The position numbers and the translations under genes were made by a program. Under the pieces are notes generated by a model that searched no databases, was not told where the DNA came from, and saw only the letters and a program-made list of their open reading frames with translations. A DNA stretch of 64,000 nt from Bacteroidota bacterium (GTDB lineage Bacteria > Bacteroidota > Bacteroidia > Flavobacteriales > BACL11), in assembly GCA_036141595.1 (NCBI GenBank), contig JAYZXD010000018.1, positions 1,388 through 65,387 on the forward strand. The letters are read 5' to 3'. Below, piece after piece: positions 27,000-37,392 of this stretch; the first letter of the stretch is position 1, and each line of letters opens with the position of its first letter.

Positions 27000-29528
27000 T
27001 TACTTAAATTCAGGTTCCCATTCAATATCTATTTCATCATCGTTACTATTATCATCTTGTTTATTTAATATTTCCTCATCATAAATATTTCTAATAATTG
27101 TTTTTTCTTTTTCTATAGTTTTTTTTATATCTTCTAGAAATCTAATTTTGTCAAGGGTTATTTTTGGATTTTCTGTATCTCCTTTCATGTTAAAATAAAC
27201 AGTATTTAATATTTTCCCATCTTTTTTTTCCTCTCCAAACTCTTTAATTGTTGTGTTTTTTTGTCTAAACTTACTTGATAAGAGTTCAGAAAGTAACAAT
27301 GTTATATTATAATCTATTTCATTGTTAAATGAATGAGTACCTGAAATGTATACTGATAGTGCAGAGGACTTAATTTCCATAGCAGGTATTTTTACTAGTT
27401 CATTTTCAACTTCTATACTATTTTCTAAATTAGAAAATCTTACATGTTTTAATTCATCTAAACTTACATATCCAGATAAACTTTCTAAAGGTTTGAAATC
27501 AATTAGTTCTCCCTTTTCTATTGATAAATAAGAATTAATTTTCAAATTTTTTGTGTTTAAAATATATTGTGGCCCCCAAGATGCATCCACAGATAATTTA
27601 GCACTTCCTATTCCTTTAATATTTTCAGGCAGAATAAATTCTTGACCATAGTTGTTAAATGCATTAAAAGAATTTCTAATATTTATTTTACTAACATTAA
27701 TGTTAGCCTTCAAGTTTAAATTATTAGGCTTAGTTTCTTTTAAAATAAATTCTCCTAAAATATTACCGTCCAGGATTTCTCCATTTATGTTTTTAAAATT
27801 AATCACACCCTTGTTATATGCTAAGTTTCCTGAAATATTAGACGCAATTATGTTATCATAAGAAAAATTGTCAATTTTAATTGATGTATTAGATGTAATC
27901 CATTCAGGCATAATTTTACTACTTGTTTTGTTTTTAGGTTTTGTGGTAGATTTAGAGTTTATTTCACTTAATGTCATTAGCTCTTTAAAGTTAGTGTATA
28001 TTGATTTTGTAGATCCATTAACAAATATTTTTGGTTTTATTTCCAAAATATAGCCGATAAGATTCTTGATTTCACCATTAAAATCAATATCTGTTTCTGA
28101 AATAGTTAACGATGAAGATTTTACATTACATATTTCATTTGTTATTTTACAATCAATATTCTTAAACGAAAATTTCAGCGGAAATTCTTTGTAAAAAAAT
28201 TCTACATCTTCCAATTTTATTTTAGATGTATGATTTGCATTAAGAAACATTTTTTTAAGCCTATAATCAAAAGCAATATTTCCTTTATAGTTACTTTCAG
28301 TATATAATTTGCCTTTTGTGGAAACGAAATTAGTTTTATTAGAATACTTATTTAATTCATTAATATCCCATAAAGACTGAAAAGATGCATCTAAAAAATA
28401 ATCATTTAGATTAGATAAAGAAAAATCTCCATTAACATATCCGTTTTTTAATTTTCCCATAAAATTATTTGCTATAATCTCAGTTGTATTAAAGCTTTTT
28501 TCTGTACCATTATTAGCACTACCGCTCATTGATATTTGGTTTAAAATAAACGGATTAGAATGTTTTTTAAAAGAACCATTTTTAATATTATAATTCATAT
28601 CAAAATAAGGATTATTTTGCTTACCAAAATAACCTGTAATTCTGCTATTAAATGTTATAATACCATCTATGTTAAATGGAATAAAAAGCTTTTTAATATT
28701 TTCAGGTAGTACAGAAATCAAGTTTTTAATATTTTCTTTTTTTCCAACAACCATAAGATCCAGACTATCATAATCAATAATTTTTCCTGATAATTTCAGA
28801 TTGGTTTCTTCAATTTGAAAGTTTAAATTTGATATAGCTATTTGTTTTTTGTTAAGTGATGTATTTGTGGAAAAATCAAATTTTTTGTTGAACATATATT
28901 CTGTGCTATCAATTTTTAAGTTTTTTGATGTCCCATTTGTAGTAACATTATACTTCTCTTTATTATTGATTAAAACTATAGCTTTCTCTAAGTCCCAATT
29001 TAGATTTAATTTATTTGGCTTTTTTATTTGTAAGCTAGTGTTTAGTAACGATAACTTTTTGATATTAATATTGCTTTTTTTTGTGTTTGATGACTCTTTT
29101 TTGAAAACATGGTAATTTGGCAAATTTTGATCATTGTATTTTATATTTATTTTTCCGTCGCTAATAATTATACTTTCAAAATTATAATTTCTGTTTATTA
29201 AGTCGATTAAACTAATTTCCACATATGCTGTTTTTGAAAAAATTAATGTGTCATTTTCAAAACCCTTTGGTTCTTTTATTAATAAATTAGATATACGAAC
29301 TGATCCTTTGGGAAAATTATCGTACAAGGTAAGTTCTATATTTTCTAGAGTTACGGCAGTATTGATTTTGTCTTTTAATTTTTTCAGTATTTCATTTTCA
29401 ATTTCCTCACTAAAAAATTTTGTTATTATAAAAAACAAAATAAATATTACGCATATGATAATAAATAAAATCTTTATTATTCTTAAAATTGTTTTTTTTA
29501 GTTTATTTCGATTTATCATTTTTAACAT
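27000..29528 (-). CDS. AsmA-like large envelope protein (N-terminal TM anchor, repetitive beta-rich body)
   Basis: 842 aa with a single N-terminal TM (ILFIIICVIFILFFII). The body is long, Asn/Lys/Ile-rich and beta-strand-like. The C-terminal segment resembles the AsmA-like C-terminal region. The call rests on architecture only. Confidence 0.55.
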   Translation of the reverse strand: MLKMINRNKLKKTILRIIKILFIIICVIFILFFIITKFFSEEIENEILKKLKDKINTAVTLENIELTLYDNFPKGSVRISNLLIKEPKGFENDTLIFSKTAYVEISLIDLINRNYNFESIIISDGKINIKYNDQNLPNYHVFKKESSNTKKSNINIKKLSLLNTSLQIKKPNKLNLNWDLEKAIVLINNKEKYNVTTNGTSKNLKIDSTEYMFNKKFDFSTNTSLNKKQIAISNLNFQIEETNLKLSGKIIDYDSLDLMVVGKKENIKNLISVLPENIKKLFIPFNIDGIITFNSRITGYFGKQNNPYFDMNYNIKNGSFKKHSNPFILNQISMSGSANNGTEKSFNTTEIIANNFMGKLKNGYVNGDFSLSNLNDYFLDASFQSLWDINELNKYSNKTNFVSTKGKLYTESNYKGNIAFDYRLKKMFLNANHTSKIKLEDVEFFYKEFPLKFSFKNIDCKITNEICNVKSSSLTISETDIDFNGEIKNLIGYILEIKPKIFVNGSTKSIYTNFKELMTLSEINSKSTTKPKNKTSSKIMPEWITSNTSIKIDNFSYDNIIASNISGNLAYNKGVINFKNINGEILDGNILGEFILKETKPNNLNLKANINVSKINIRNSFNAFNNYGQEFILPENIKGIGSAKLSVDASWGPQYILNTKNLKINSYLSIEKGELIDFKPLESLSGYVSLDELKHVRFSNLENSIEVENELVKIPAMEIKSSALSVYISGTHSFNNEIDYNITLLLSELLSSKFRQKNTTIKEFGEEKKDGKILNTVYFNMKGDTENPKITLDKIRFLEDIKKTIEKEKTIIRNIYDEEILNKQDDNSNDDEIDIEWEPEFK

Positions 29529-29545
29529 AAACGTAATAAGTTATT

Positions 29546-30253
29546 TTATAGTCTTTTAAGAATATTTATTTCTTCTTCTGTCAAAAATCTGTGTTTTTTT
29601 CTGGGTAGATTTTTTTTGGTAATTCCAGCAAATAAGACTCGGTCCAAAGAAACAATATTGTAATTAAGTTTTTTAAATAATAATTTTAAAATTTTAATAC
29701 CCCCTCTATTTTGTTCAATTCCCAATTCATTTTTTTTATTTAAAAGTGAAACTGATGTTAATTTATGTTTTCCTCCGTTAATATCTATTCCATTTTTAAG
29801 TGTCTTAATATCTTCATTTGAGATTTCTTTATTTAGCATTATTTGATAAACAGATTTTATTTTTTGATTTTTATTTGTGATTTTTTTAGCTAAAAGCTGA
29901 TCATTTGTAAAAATTAAAAGACCGCTTTCAGTATGATTTAGTTTGTCTGTTGGAAATACTTTTTCTCTATGTGCAAAGTCAAAAATTTTATTATTAGATT
30001 TCTTTTCTTTGCTTATTGCATTTAAAGATATTTTTTTTGGTTTATTTAATAGAATATATGTTGATTTTTCCGATTTTATTTTTTGGTCATTAAATTTTAT
30101 TACATCCGTATTTTTTATTTTTGAGCCCACAGCAACTTTTTTCCCATTAACCGTTATTATTCCAGCCTCAATAAATTTATCTGCATCTCGACGACTGCAG
30201 ATTCCAGCATTAGAAATAAATTTGTTTAGTCTTATAGGTTTTTCAGCTTTCAA
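29546..30253 (-). CDS. S4-domain pseudouridine synthase family protein (RluB/RsuA type), catalytic Asp apparently replaced
   Basis: S4 domain IRLNKFISNAGICSRRDADKFI..G.ITVNGK. The core is ESGLLIFTND and the C-terminus is LDRVLFAGITKKNLPRKKHRFLTEEEI. The position of the GRLD motif reads DKLN (Asn codon at 29936..29938). Confidence 0.75.
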   Translation of the reverse strand: MKAEKPIRLNKFISNAGICSRRDADKFIEAGIITVNGKKVAVGSKIKNTDVIKFNDQKIKSEKSTYILLNKPKKISLNAISKEKKSNNKIFDFAHREKVFPTDKLNHTESGLLIFTNDQLLAKKITNKNQKIKSVYQIMLNKEISNEDIKTLKNGIDINGGKHKLTSVSLLNKKNELGIEQNRGGIKILKLLFKKLNYNIVSLDRVLFAGITKKNLPRKKHRFLTEEEINILKRL

Positions 30254-30314
30254 TTAGATGCATTTCAAGTTAATAAATTTTAAAATACTTTATTAAATAA
30301 TGTAAAAGATAGCA

Positions 30315-31427
30315 CTATTCAAAAATTATTTTACGCTCAACAGTGCCATCAGAGTATAAAAAAAATAAATGTTTATTGTATGTCAAATTTGTTTCTTTTC
30401 CAAATAAATCTGTAATTTTTAAAATATTTTTTTGTGCTGTTTTTTGGTTATCGTTAAAATAAGTTAAGTTATTACATGGAAGTAATGGAAATAAAAAATC
30501 AGTTATAAAGTTGATTGCCTGAACAAATTTTGCACTATTATTTCCGTATGCAGGCCACGAATGATTCTCGCCAGTAAATATTAATTTATCATTTATTACC
30601 CCGACCATATCTGCTTGGGGATGCATTTCTCCTGACCCACAAAGTGTTAAAACTAATGGATTATTCATTGCTGGTCCACAATTATAATTTATTGTTAGAT
30701 CAGATGTCCCTTGTATGCTAACTAAAGGCTCATCAAATTCGTCTATCCAGTCTACATTGTTGATGCCTCCAGCAATACTTATAACACCACTTACATTTGA
30801 TGGGTATCCATAATTACCTGCGTCACCTTCTAGGCCGTATACACCTGCAATATCATTTACAATATTCTGTACATTTATTGGGGAAGTTGGAAGATCATTA
30901 ATTTCATCAACATACGCTAAATGAATAGCTGTCACGGCCCCTGCAGAATATCCTCCAACAAAAATTGTATTTGGATCAATTCCATAATTGTTTCCATTAT
31001 CAAAATCTTTTCTAAAATATCTTATTGCAGACTTAACATCTGCAACAGATTTTAAAACTGTTTCATATTGTGTTACATTACTTGTTAAAAAAGAAATAAT
31101 GTTTGATAGTCTATAATTCAAAGAGGCTGTAACATAACCTTTTTTTGCCATAGTTTCACAAAAATCAACACAGTCTGTCATGGATTTATTACCGCCATAA
31201 TATGAGCCACCATGTAAATATAAAATTAGAGGACGATTTACTTCTATATCGCCCTCTGGAGTATATATATCCATACTATGAAAATTATCATTATATATAT
31301 CTGAGTAGTTAACTGTTGTTACACTAACTGAGTTAAAAATTTCTGTTTGATATCTACCATCACATTGAGCAATTAGACTATTTGTAGACATAAGTATTAT
31401 AAGTAAATAGTAAGTTATTTTTTTCAT
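30315..31427 (-). CDS. secreted alpha/beta-hydrolase (carboxylesterase/lipase-like), possible T9SS type-A C-terminal domain
   Basis: Signal peptide ends LIA|Q. It has the oxyanion-type motif [10 protein letters not shown] and the nucleophile elbow GGYSAGA. The C-terminal ~70 aa ([12 protein letters not shown]...[17 protein letters not shown]) resemble a short Por-secretion tail. Confidence 0.7.
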   Translation of the reverse strand: MKKITYYLLIILMSTNSLIAQCDGRYQTEIFNSVSVTTVNYSDIYNDNFHSMDIYTPEGDIEVNRPLILYLHGGSYYGGNKSMTDCVDFCETMAKKGYVTASLNYRLSNIISFLTSNVTQYETVLKSVADVKSAIRYFRKDFDNGNNYGIDPNTIFVGGYSAGAVTAIHLAYVDEINDLPTSPINVQNIVNDIAGVYGLEGDAGNYGYPSNVSGVISIAGGINNVDWIDEFDEPLVSIQGTSDLTINYNCGPAMNNPLVLTLCGSGEMHPQADMVGVINDKLIFTGENHSWPAYGNNSAKFVQAINFITDFLFPLLPCNNLTYFNDNQKTAQKNILKITDLFGKETNLTYNKHLFFLYSDGTVERKIIFE

Positions 31428-33118
31428 TTATTAAGTTTTTTTAACTGATACTCTATATCTTTATTTTCTATTTTTTCAAAAAGATGAATAGGTTTTTCTA
31501 TTTTGTGCCCATCTTGAATATATGTTTTTCCAGCGTTTTTCCATTTCATATCTTTGATATTTAATATTTTCATTAATTTCTTAGATGTAAAAGGTAAAAA
31601 AGGTTCAGATAAAATTGCTAAAGAGTGAACAATTTGAATAGAAATATTCATAATAGTTTTAACTCTTGATTCATCTGTGTTTTTTAACTTCCAGGGTTCA
31701 GTATCTGCTAAATATTTATTTCCTGTTCTAGCTAGCCCCATGACTAGACTTAAGGACTCTTTAAACTTGAATAATTTTATTTGAGTACTAACTTTTTCAG
31801 GATATTCTCTGAGCTTCAATAGTACCTCTTCATCAGTTTTATCAGTAATTACTGCTTTAGGAACTATCCCTTGCCAATATTTATTTATTAGAACAAAAAC
31901 ACGATTAACATAATTTCCATATATAGCAACTAGTTCATTATTGTTTCTTGCTTGAAATTCTAGCCAAGTAAAATCTGTATCTTTTCCCTCTGGTGATGTT
32001 GCACATAAAGCATATCTTAATGAATCTTGTTTTCCTTTAAAATCAACAAGATAATCTTTTAGCCATATGGCCCAGTTTCTTGAAGTTGATAATTTCTTTC
32101 CTTCAAGATTTAAAAATTCATTTGCAGGCACATTAGAAGGTAAAATATATTCGCCATGTGATTTTAAAATTATTGGAAAAATTATTGAGTGAAACACAAT
32201 ATTGTCTTTTCCTATAAAATGAATAAGTTGAGTATCTTTATCTTTCCAGTATGGCTCCCATTGTTTATTATTGTTTTTAGCCCATTGCTTAGTTGCGGAT
32301 ATATATCCAATAGGCGCGTCCAACCAAACGTAAAGAACCTTACCTTCCGCATTTTTTAGCGGAACTTTGACTCCCCAATCTAGATCTCTAGTCATTGCTC
32401 TTTCTCTTAGCCCTGCCTCAATCCATGATTTACATTGACCTAGTACTTGTTTTCTCCACGTTTTTGGATCATGTTGTTTTTTTCCATTGATATCTCCTGT
32501 TTCTATCCATTTTTTTAGCCAATTTTCATGTTTTTGCATTGGTAAATACCAGTGAGTAGTGTTCTTTTTTTCAGGGGCTTCACCGCTCAGTGTTGATTTA
32601 GGATTAATTAATTCTTCAGGGCTTAAAGTTGTTCCGCAACTTTCACATTGATCCCCATACGCATGCATATAACCACATTTTGGACATTCTCCTTTAACAT
32701 AACGATCTGCAAGAAATTGCTTATTTTTCTTATCATAAAATTGTTGTGTTGTTTTTTTAACAAATACATTTTTATTATCTAAATTCTCAAAAAATTCTGA
32801 AGCAGTTTTGTGATGAACTTTGGATGAAGTACGATGATAAATGCTAAAGTTAATTCCAAAATCTTCAAATGTCTTTTTATTTAAACAATGGTATTTATCT
32901 ATTATTTTTTTTGGTGTTATACCTTCTTTTTTTGCCTGTAGGGTAATAGCAGCGCCATGCTCGTCAGATCCACAAATAAATACAACATCGTTTTCATTTA
33001 ATTTAAGATATCTTACATAAATATCTGCAGGTAAATATGCACCAGCAACATGCCCAATATGAATAGGCCCATTTGCATACAAAAGTGCTGAAGTTATAGT
33101 ATATCTTTTTGAATTCAT
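31424..33118 (-). CDS. metG: methionine--tRNA ligase (short form, no C-terminal tRNA-binding domain)
   Basis: HIGH motif [10 protein letters not shown], zinc knuckle [23 protein letters not shown]-type KLSTSR. At 564 aa it ends soon after the anticodon-binding domain. Confidence 0.95.
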   Translation of the reverse strand: MNSKRYTITSALLYANGPIHIGHVAGAYLPADIYVRYLKLNENDVVFICGSDEHGAAITLQAKKEGITPKKIIDKYHCLNKKTFEDFGINFSIYHRTSSKVHHKTASEFFENLDNKNVFVKKTTQQFYDKKNKQFLADRYVKGECPKCGYMHAYGDQCESCGTTLSPEELINPKSTLSGEAPEKKNTTHWYLPMQKHENWLKKWIETGDINGKKQHDPKTWRKQVLGQCKSWIEAGLRERAMTRDLDWGVKVPLKNAEGKVLYVWLDAPIGYISATKQWAKNNNKQWEPYWKDKDTQLIHFIGKDNIVFHSIIFPIILKSHGEYILPSNVPANEFLNLEGKKLSTSRNWAIWLKDYLVDFKGKQDSLRYALCATSPEGKDTDFTWLEFQARNNNELVAIYGNYVNRVFVLINKYWQGIVPKAVITDKTDEEVLLKLREYPEKVSTQIKLFKFKESLSLVMGLARTGNKYLADTEPWKLKNTDESRVKTIMNISIQIVHSLAILSEPFLPFTSKKLMKILNIKDMKWKNAGKTYIQDGHKIEKPIHLFEKIENKDIEYQLKKLNK

Positions 33119-33144
33119 TTTTTGTTAAAAAAAAATTATTTTAG

Positions 33145-33152
33145 CAAAGATA
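33145..33152 (-). promoter_or_regulatory. -7 element upstream of metG
   Basis: Plus strand caaagata is TATCTTTG on the minus strand, 27 nt upstream of the metG start (33118). Confidence 0.35.
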
Positions 33153-33179
33153 AGTTTTACTATTAAATAAATTGATTTT

Positions 33180-34076
33180 ATGAAAATACCTGAAAAACTT
33201 CAAAAAGGGGATAAGATTGGTTTAATATCTACTGCAAGAAAAGTTTCAAGATCAGAAATAGCTCACGCCGTTAATATTTTTAAATCATGGGACTTAAATA
33301 TAGTTTATGGAGATAATTTATTTAATAGCAAAAATCAGTTTTCTGGTACTGATGAGCAGAGAGCAAATGATTTGCAATATTTTATAAATGATAAAAATAT
33401 CAAAGCTATATTTTGTGCAAGAGGGGGTTACGGTACAGCTAGGATTGTTGATAGTGTTGATTTTAAGATGTTACAAAGTAATCCTAAATGGATTATTGGA
33501 TATAGCGATGTTACAGTTTTACATTCTCATTTAAATAATCTAGGCATAGCGACACTCCATTCAAGTATGCCAATAAATTTTAAAAACAATACATTATCCT
33601 CAATAAAAAGTATTTATGATTGTTTATTTGAAACACCAAATAGTATTAAAATAAAATCACATAAATTAAACAAAAAAGGCAAATGTTCAGGTCAAATTGT
33701 AGGAGGTAATTTGTCTATTTTATATTCTTTGTTGGGCTCTGCATCTGATTTGGATACAAATGGAAAAATTTTATTAATAGAAGATTTAGATGAATACCTA
33801 TATCATATTGATAGAATGCTTTTAAACTTAAAAAGAAATAAAAAATATAATAATTTAAAAGCTTTAATTGTAGGAGGCATGACCGACTTACATGATAATG
33901 AAATACCATTTGGAAAAAGTTATAAGCAAATTATTTTAGAATATTTTGATGAGTTATCAATACCAATATGTTTTAATTTTCCATCAGGGCATTTAAATGA
34001 CAATAGAGCAATTAAACTTGGTTGTAGTGCTGATTTAGAAATTACAGAAAAAGAAGTTACTTTTATCCAAAAGTAG
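33180..34076 (+). CDS. ldcA: LD-carboxypeptidase (peptidase S66, muramoyltetrapeptide carboxypeptidase-like)
   Basis: CARGGYGTARI, nucleophile GYSDVTVLH, and C-terminal FPSGHLNDN with the His of the triad. Confidence 0.85.
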   Translation: MKIPEKLQKGDKIGLISTARKVSRSEIAHAVNIFKSWDLNIVYGDNLFNSKNQFSGTDEQRANDLQYFINDKNIKAIFCARGGYGTARIVDSVDFKMLQSNPKWIIGYSDVTVLHSHLNNLGIATLHSSMPINFKNNTLSSIKSIYDCLFETPNSIKIKSHKLNKKGKCSGQIVGGNLSILYSLLGSASDLDTNGKILLIEDLDEYLYHIDRMLLNLKRNKKYNNLKALIVGGMTDLHDNEIPFGKSYKQIILEYFDELSIPICFNFPSGHLNDNRAIKLGCSADLEITEKEVTFIQK

Positions 34077-34089
34077 CAGAACAAATCGT

Positions 34090-34389
34090 TTATTTTTTCA
34101 AAACAACAGGAACTTTAAAATAATCAGAGTCTTTTTCTGGTGCATTTTTTAATGCATCAGTTTGAGAAAGCGAATCTTTCACTTCATCTTTACGTAATAA
34201 TTTTGTTTCTTCATTAACATATACAAGAGGTTCTACATTATCAGTGTTAATTTGTGATATTGTATTAACAAATTCTAACATTTTTTCTAAGTCAAATTTA
34301 ATTTGTTGGCTTTGTTTCTGATCAAAATTTAATTTGGATAGTTCAGATAAATTATCTATTAAATCCTGAGTAACTTTAATTTTTTTCAT
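34090..34389 (-). CDS. gatC: Asp-tRNA(Asn)/Glu-tRNA(Gln) amidotransferase subunit C
   Basis: 99 aa with the typical GatC pattern (LSKLNF...E.L..ML.FV..I......NVEPL......LR.DEV). Confidence 0.85.
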   Translation of the reverse strand: MKKIKVTQDLIDNLSELSKLNFDQKQSQQIKFDLEKMLEFVNTISQINTDNVEPLVYVNEETKLLRKDEVKDSLSQTDALKNAPEKDSDYFKVPVVLKK

Positions 34390-35116
34390 ATTTTTTTAGC
34401 TGTTCAAAAATAGTATTGTAAACAATAATATTCAAATTTTTAACTTCTTTTTCAGAGATTTTATTTGGATCAATTGGTTTATGAATTTGTACTCTTGCAA
34501 ATCCAGGATAACCTTTAAAATATTCTTGAGGGAAAATTTGTTTATTGTCAATTATAGTAATGGGAACAATTTTAAGATTATTTTCGATGGATAATCTAAA
34601 AGGCCCATTTTTAAATTTTTTTAAACAAATGTTTTTGTTTGGAATTCCTCCTTCGGGAAAGATACATATATTTATATTCCTCGTTAATTTTTCTGCAGCG
34701 TGCAAAAAAGCATTGTAAGAATCTTTTTTATTACTTCTATTTACTGTTATTGAATTATTTTTAAAAAAATAACCAAATAATGGTATTTTAGAAATTTCTG
34801 CTTTACCAATGTATTGAATAGGTTTTGGTAATACAGCGTATATTAGCGGGATATCAAGTGTAGAAACATGATTTGCACAAAATATATATTTTTCGTTTGC
34901 TTCTAGCTTTTCTTCCCACTTCACTATTGGAAAAATGAAGGACAGCCAGATTGTTAACTTACTCCAGTACCTTGATATATGTGCCACATAAAGTTCGTTT
35001 TTAAATAATGATGTAAAAATAAATAACCAAGGAAGCAGTAGAAAAAATAAGAATAAAAAAACTATCAAAAACCAGAGTCTCCATATGCTACTCAAAATAT
35101 ACCCAACCCATTTCAT
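34376..35116 (-). CDS. plsC: 1-acyl-sn-glycerol-3-phosphate acyltransferase
   Basis: N-terminal TM, acyltransferase motifs NHVSTLD (HxxxxD) and IFPEGG. Confidence 0.85.
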   Translation of the reverse strand: MKWVGYILSSIWRLWFLIVFLFLFFLLLPWLFIFTSLFKNELYVAHISRYWSKLTIWLSFIFPIVKWEEKLEANEKYIFCANHVSTLDIPLIYAVLPKPIQYIGKAEISKIPLFGYFFKNNSITVNRSNKKDSYNAFLHAAEKLTRNINICIFPEGGIPNKNICLKKFKNGPFRLSIENNLKIVPITIIDNKQIFPQEYFKGYPGFARVQIHKPIDPNKISEKEVKNLNIIVYNTIFEQLKKYEKN

Positions 35117-35163
35117 CTGACAAAGATAAAAAAAGCTATTTTTACAGCATCTTTTTTTTTAAA

Positions 35164-36132
35164 ATGGCAAGAATATTAACAGGAATACAAAGTACAGGCA
35201 CTCCCCATTTAGGAAATTTACTTGGAGCAATTATTCCAGCAATACAGCTTTCAAAAGAAACTAATAACCAAAGTTTGTTTTTCATTGCAGATCTTCACTC
35301 ATTTACAACAATTAGAGAAGCTAATAAAATTAAAGAAAATACTTATGCTACTGCAGCGGCATGGTTAGCTTTTGGTTTTGATTCTAAAAAAAATATTTTT
35401 TATAGGCAGTCAGATATACCAGAGGTTTGTGAGTTAGCATGGTATTTGAGCTGCTTTGCAAAGTTTAGTAGGCTTCAACTAGCACATTCATTTAAGGATA
35501 AATTAGATCGTATTAAAGACATAAATACTGGTTTATTTACTTATCCTGTTTTAATGGCAGCAGATATTTTGCTTTATGACGCAAATATTGTTCCAGTTGG
35601 AAAAGACCAAATACAACATTTGGAAATAACTAGAGACATTGCTGCAAGTTTAAACCATGTTTTCCCAAACACATTGGTCTTACCTGAGACAAAAATTGAC
35701 GAAAGAGTAATGATTGTTCCAGGCACTGATGGGCAAAAGATGAGTAAATCATACAATAATATGATTAATATTTTTTTGGATGACAAAAAACTTAGAAAAC
35801 AAATAATGAGTATAAAAACAGACTCTACGAATATAGAAGATCCAAAAGATTATAATTCATGTAATGTTTTTAATTTATATAAACTACTTGCAAATAAAAA
35901 TCAAGTAAATGAGTTAAAATCAAAATACATTAGTGGAGGGTATGGCTATGGAAATGCAAAACAAGAGCTTTTTGAGTTAATTTGCATAAATTATAAAAGC
36001 CAAAGAGAAATGTTTATGCATCTAATACAAAACCCAAAAATAATTGATCAAGAATTAAAAGAGGGAGCAAAAAAAGCGAGAGAAATAGCTAGAAATGTTC
36101 TTGTTAGGGTAAGAAAAAATGTTGGCTACTAA
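35164..36132 (+). CDS. trpS: tryptophan--tRNA ligase
   Basis: GIQSTGTPHLGNLLGA (HIGH-type) and KMSKS motifs, about 322 aa. Confidence 0.95.
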   Translation: MARILTGIQSTGTPHLGNLLGAIIPAIQLSKETNNQSLFFIADLHSFTTIREANKIKENTYATAAAWLAFGFDSKKNIFYRQSDIPEVCELAWYLSCFAKFSRLQLAHSFKDKLDRIKDINTGLFTYPVLMAADILLYDANIVPVGKDQIQHLEITRDIAASLNHVFPNTLVLPETKIDERVMIVPGTDGQKMSKSYNNMINIFLDDKKLRKQIMSIKTDSTNIEDPKDYNSCNVFNLYKLLANKNQVNELKSKYISGGYGYGNAKQELFELICINYKSQREMFMHLIQNPKIIDQELKEGAKKAREIARNVLVRVRKNVGY

Positions 36133-36135
36133 ATA

Positions 36136-37392
36136 TCACTTTTTATATTTAATATACAACTCCTTTTGATGATTATTTAAATCAATCTCATTCCCTTTAA
36201 TAAAAGCCTGTTCAATATTATTTGAAATCATATCTAATGCATCTCCTGAGCTAATAAAGAAAGAAGCCTCTTTCCCTTTTTCAATAGAACCAACCTTATC
36301 ATCGATGCCAAGGATTTTTGCAGCATCTAAAGTAATTGATTTTATAGCATCTTCATACTTTTGGCCATAAGTGACTGTAGTGCCAGCAGTAAAGGGAAGA
36401 TTTCTTAAGCCCATAGCTTCCATGTCACCGACATAACTCAAACAAAACCGAATTTTATTATTTGAAAGCTTTTTTGCTTGAGTAAATGGCTCATCTATAC
36501 GGCTGTCTTGTGATTTTGGAAGTCTATGAACTCTATTAAGAATAAGTGATATGTTTTTTGATTTTAATAGTGTTGAAACATCATCACTGTCTTCACCTCC
36601 AACAATAGTAACATTTGGAATTTTAAACTTATCAAAGAATTCAATTGCATCTCTTATATCGCTGACACTATTAGCATGTATATATAAGTTCTTTTTCCCG
36701 TTAAACAAACCTTGCATACTTTCCATTCTAAGGTCTAAAACTTTTGATGATGAATACGCCTTAGCTTTTAAAAATAACTTATTTAACTCATCAATTTTAT
36801 TTTGGTATTCTTTATTTTTTTTTGTTTTGCCCGGTTCTGCCCACCAGCCTGTTTTATAATATGAGTTTGGCCAATTAATATGTATTCCATCATCAGCTTT
36901 TAATACTGCATCCTGCCAATTTTTACCATCAAGGTATACAACCGAAGATTGACCAGAGATTAATCCACCCTGTGGTGTTACTTGCGCAATAAGTATGCCG
37001 TTTGTTCTGATAGTATTTATAATTTTTGAATCAGTGTTGTAAGCAATTAAAGATCTAATGTTTGGATTAATGTTTCCTGTTTCAGCATAATCATGAGTTG
37101 CTCTCACAGCATCAATTTCAGTTAATCCAATAGTTGTATTTGGGGCTATAAATGCTGGGTAAATATGTTTATTGTAAACTTTATAGATTGTGTCAAAAGC
37201 ATTGGGATCTATTCTAATCATTTTAGCGTCAGCCACAATTTCAAACTTACCATTTTGAATACTTATTACACTATTTTCAATGACTTTTCCATTTCCCAAA
37301 TGTGCTTTTGCACCAATAAAAAGTATAGGTTTTTGCGAATAGGCTTGCATGCAAAAAGCAAAATATAAAACAAATAACAAATTAGTCTTCAT
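36136..37392 (-). CDS. secreted amidohydrolase-family protein lacking the canonical HxH metal motif
   Basis: Signal peptide MKTNLLFVLYFAFCMQAYS|Q (start ATG 37392; ORF track gives 37410). The fold-typical N-terminal beta sandwich reads IQNGKFEIV...IYPAFIAP but is followed by NTTIGL instead of xHxH. The C-terminus GSIEKGKEASF is typical of the family. Confidence 0.7.
   Translation of the reverse strand: MKTNLLFVLYFAFCMQAYSQKPILFIGAKAHLGNGKVIENSVISIQNGKFEIVADAKMIRIDPNAFDTIYKVYNKHIYPAFIAPNTTIGLTEIDAVRATHDYAETGNINPNIRSLIAYNTDSKIINTIRTNGILIAQVTPQGGLISGQSSVVYLDGKNWQDAVLKADDGIHINWPNSYYKTGWWAEPGKTKKNKEYQNKIDELNKLFLKAKAYSSSKVLDLRMESMQGLFNGKKNLYIHANSVSDIRDAIEFFDKFKIPNVTIVGGEDSDDVSTLLKSKNISLILNRVHRLPKSQDSRIDEPFTQAKKLSNNKIRFCLSYVGDMEAMGLRNLPFTAGTTVTYGQKYEDAIKSITLDAAKILGIDDKVGSIEKGKEASFFISSGDALDMISNNIEQAFIKGNEIDLNNHQKELYIKYKK

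Noticed and set aside
27346-29559. Five plus-strand ORFs (61-103 aa) lie antisense to the AsmA-like gene.
   Set aside because: Their compositions are low-complexity and Phe/Ile/Leu/Ser/Lys-rich, typical of the reverse complement of an AT-rich Asn/Lys/Ile-rich gene. They are fully contained in a long, well-supported ORF and have no promoter-like gaps.
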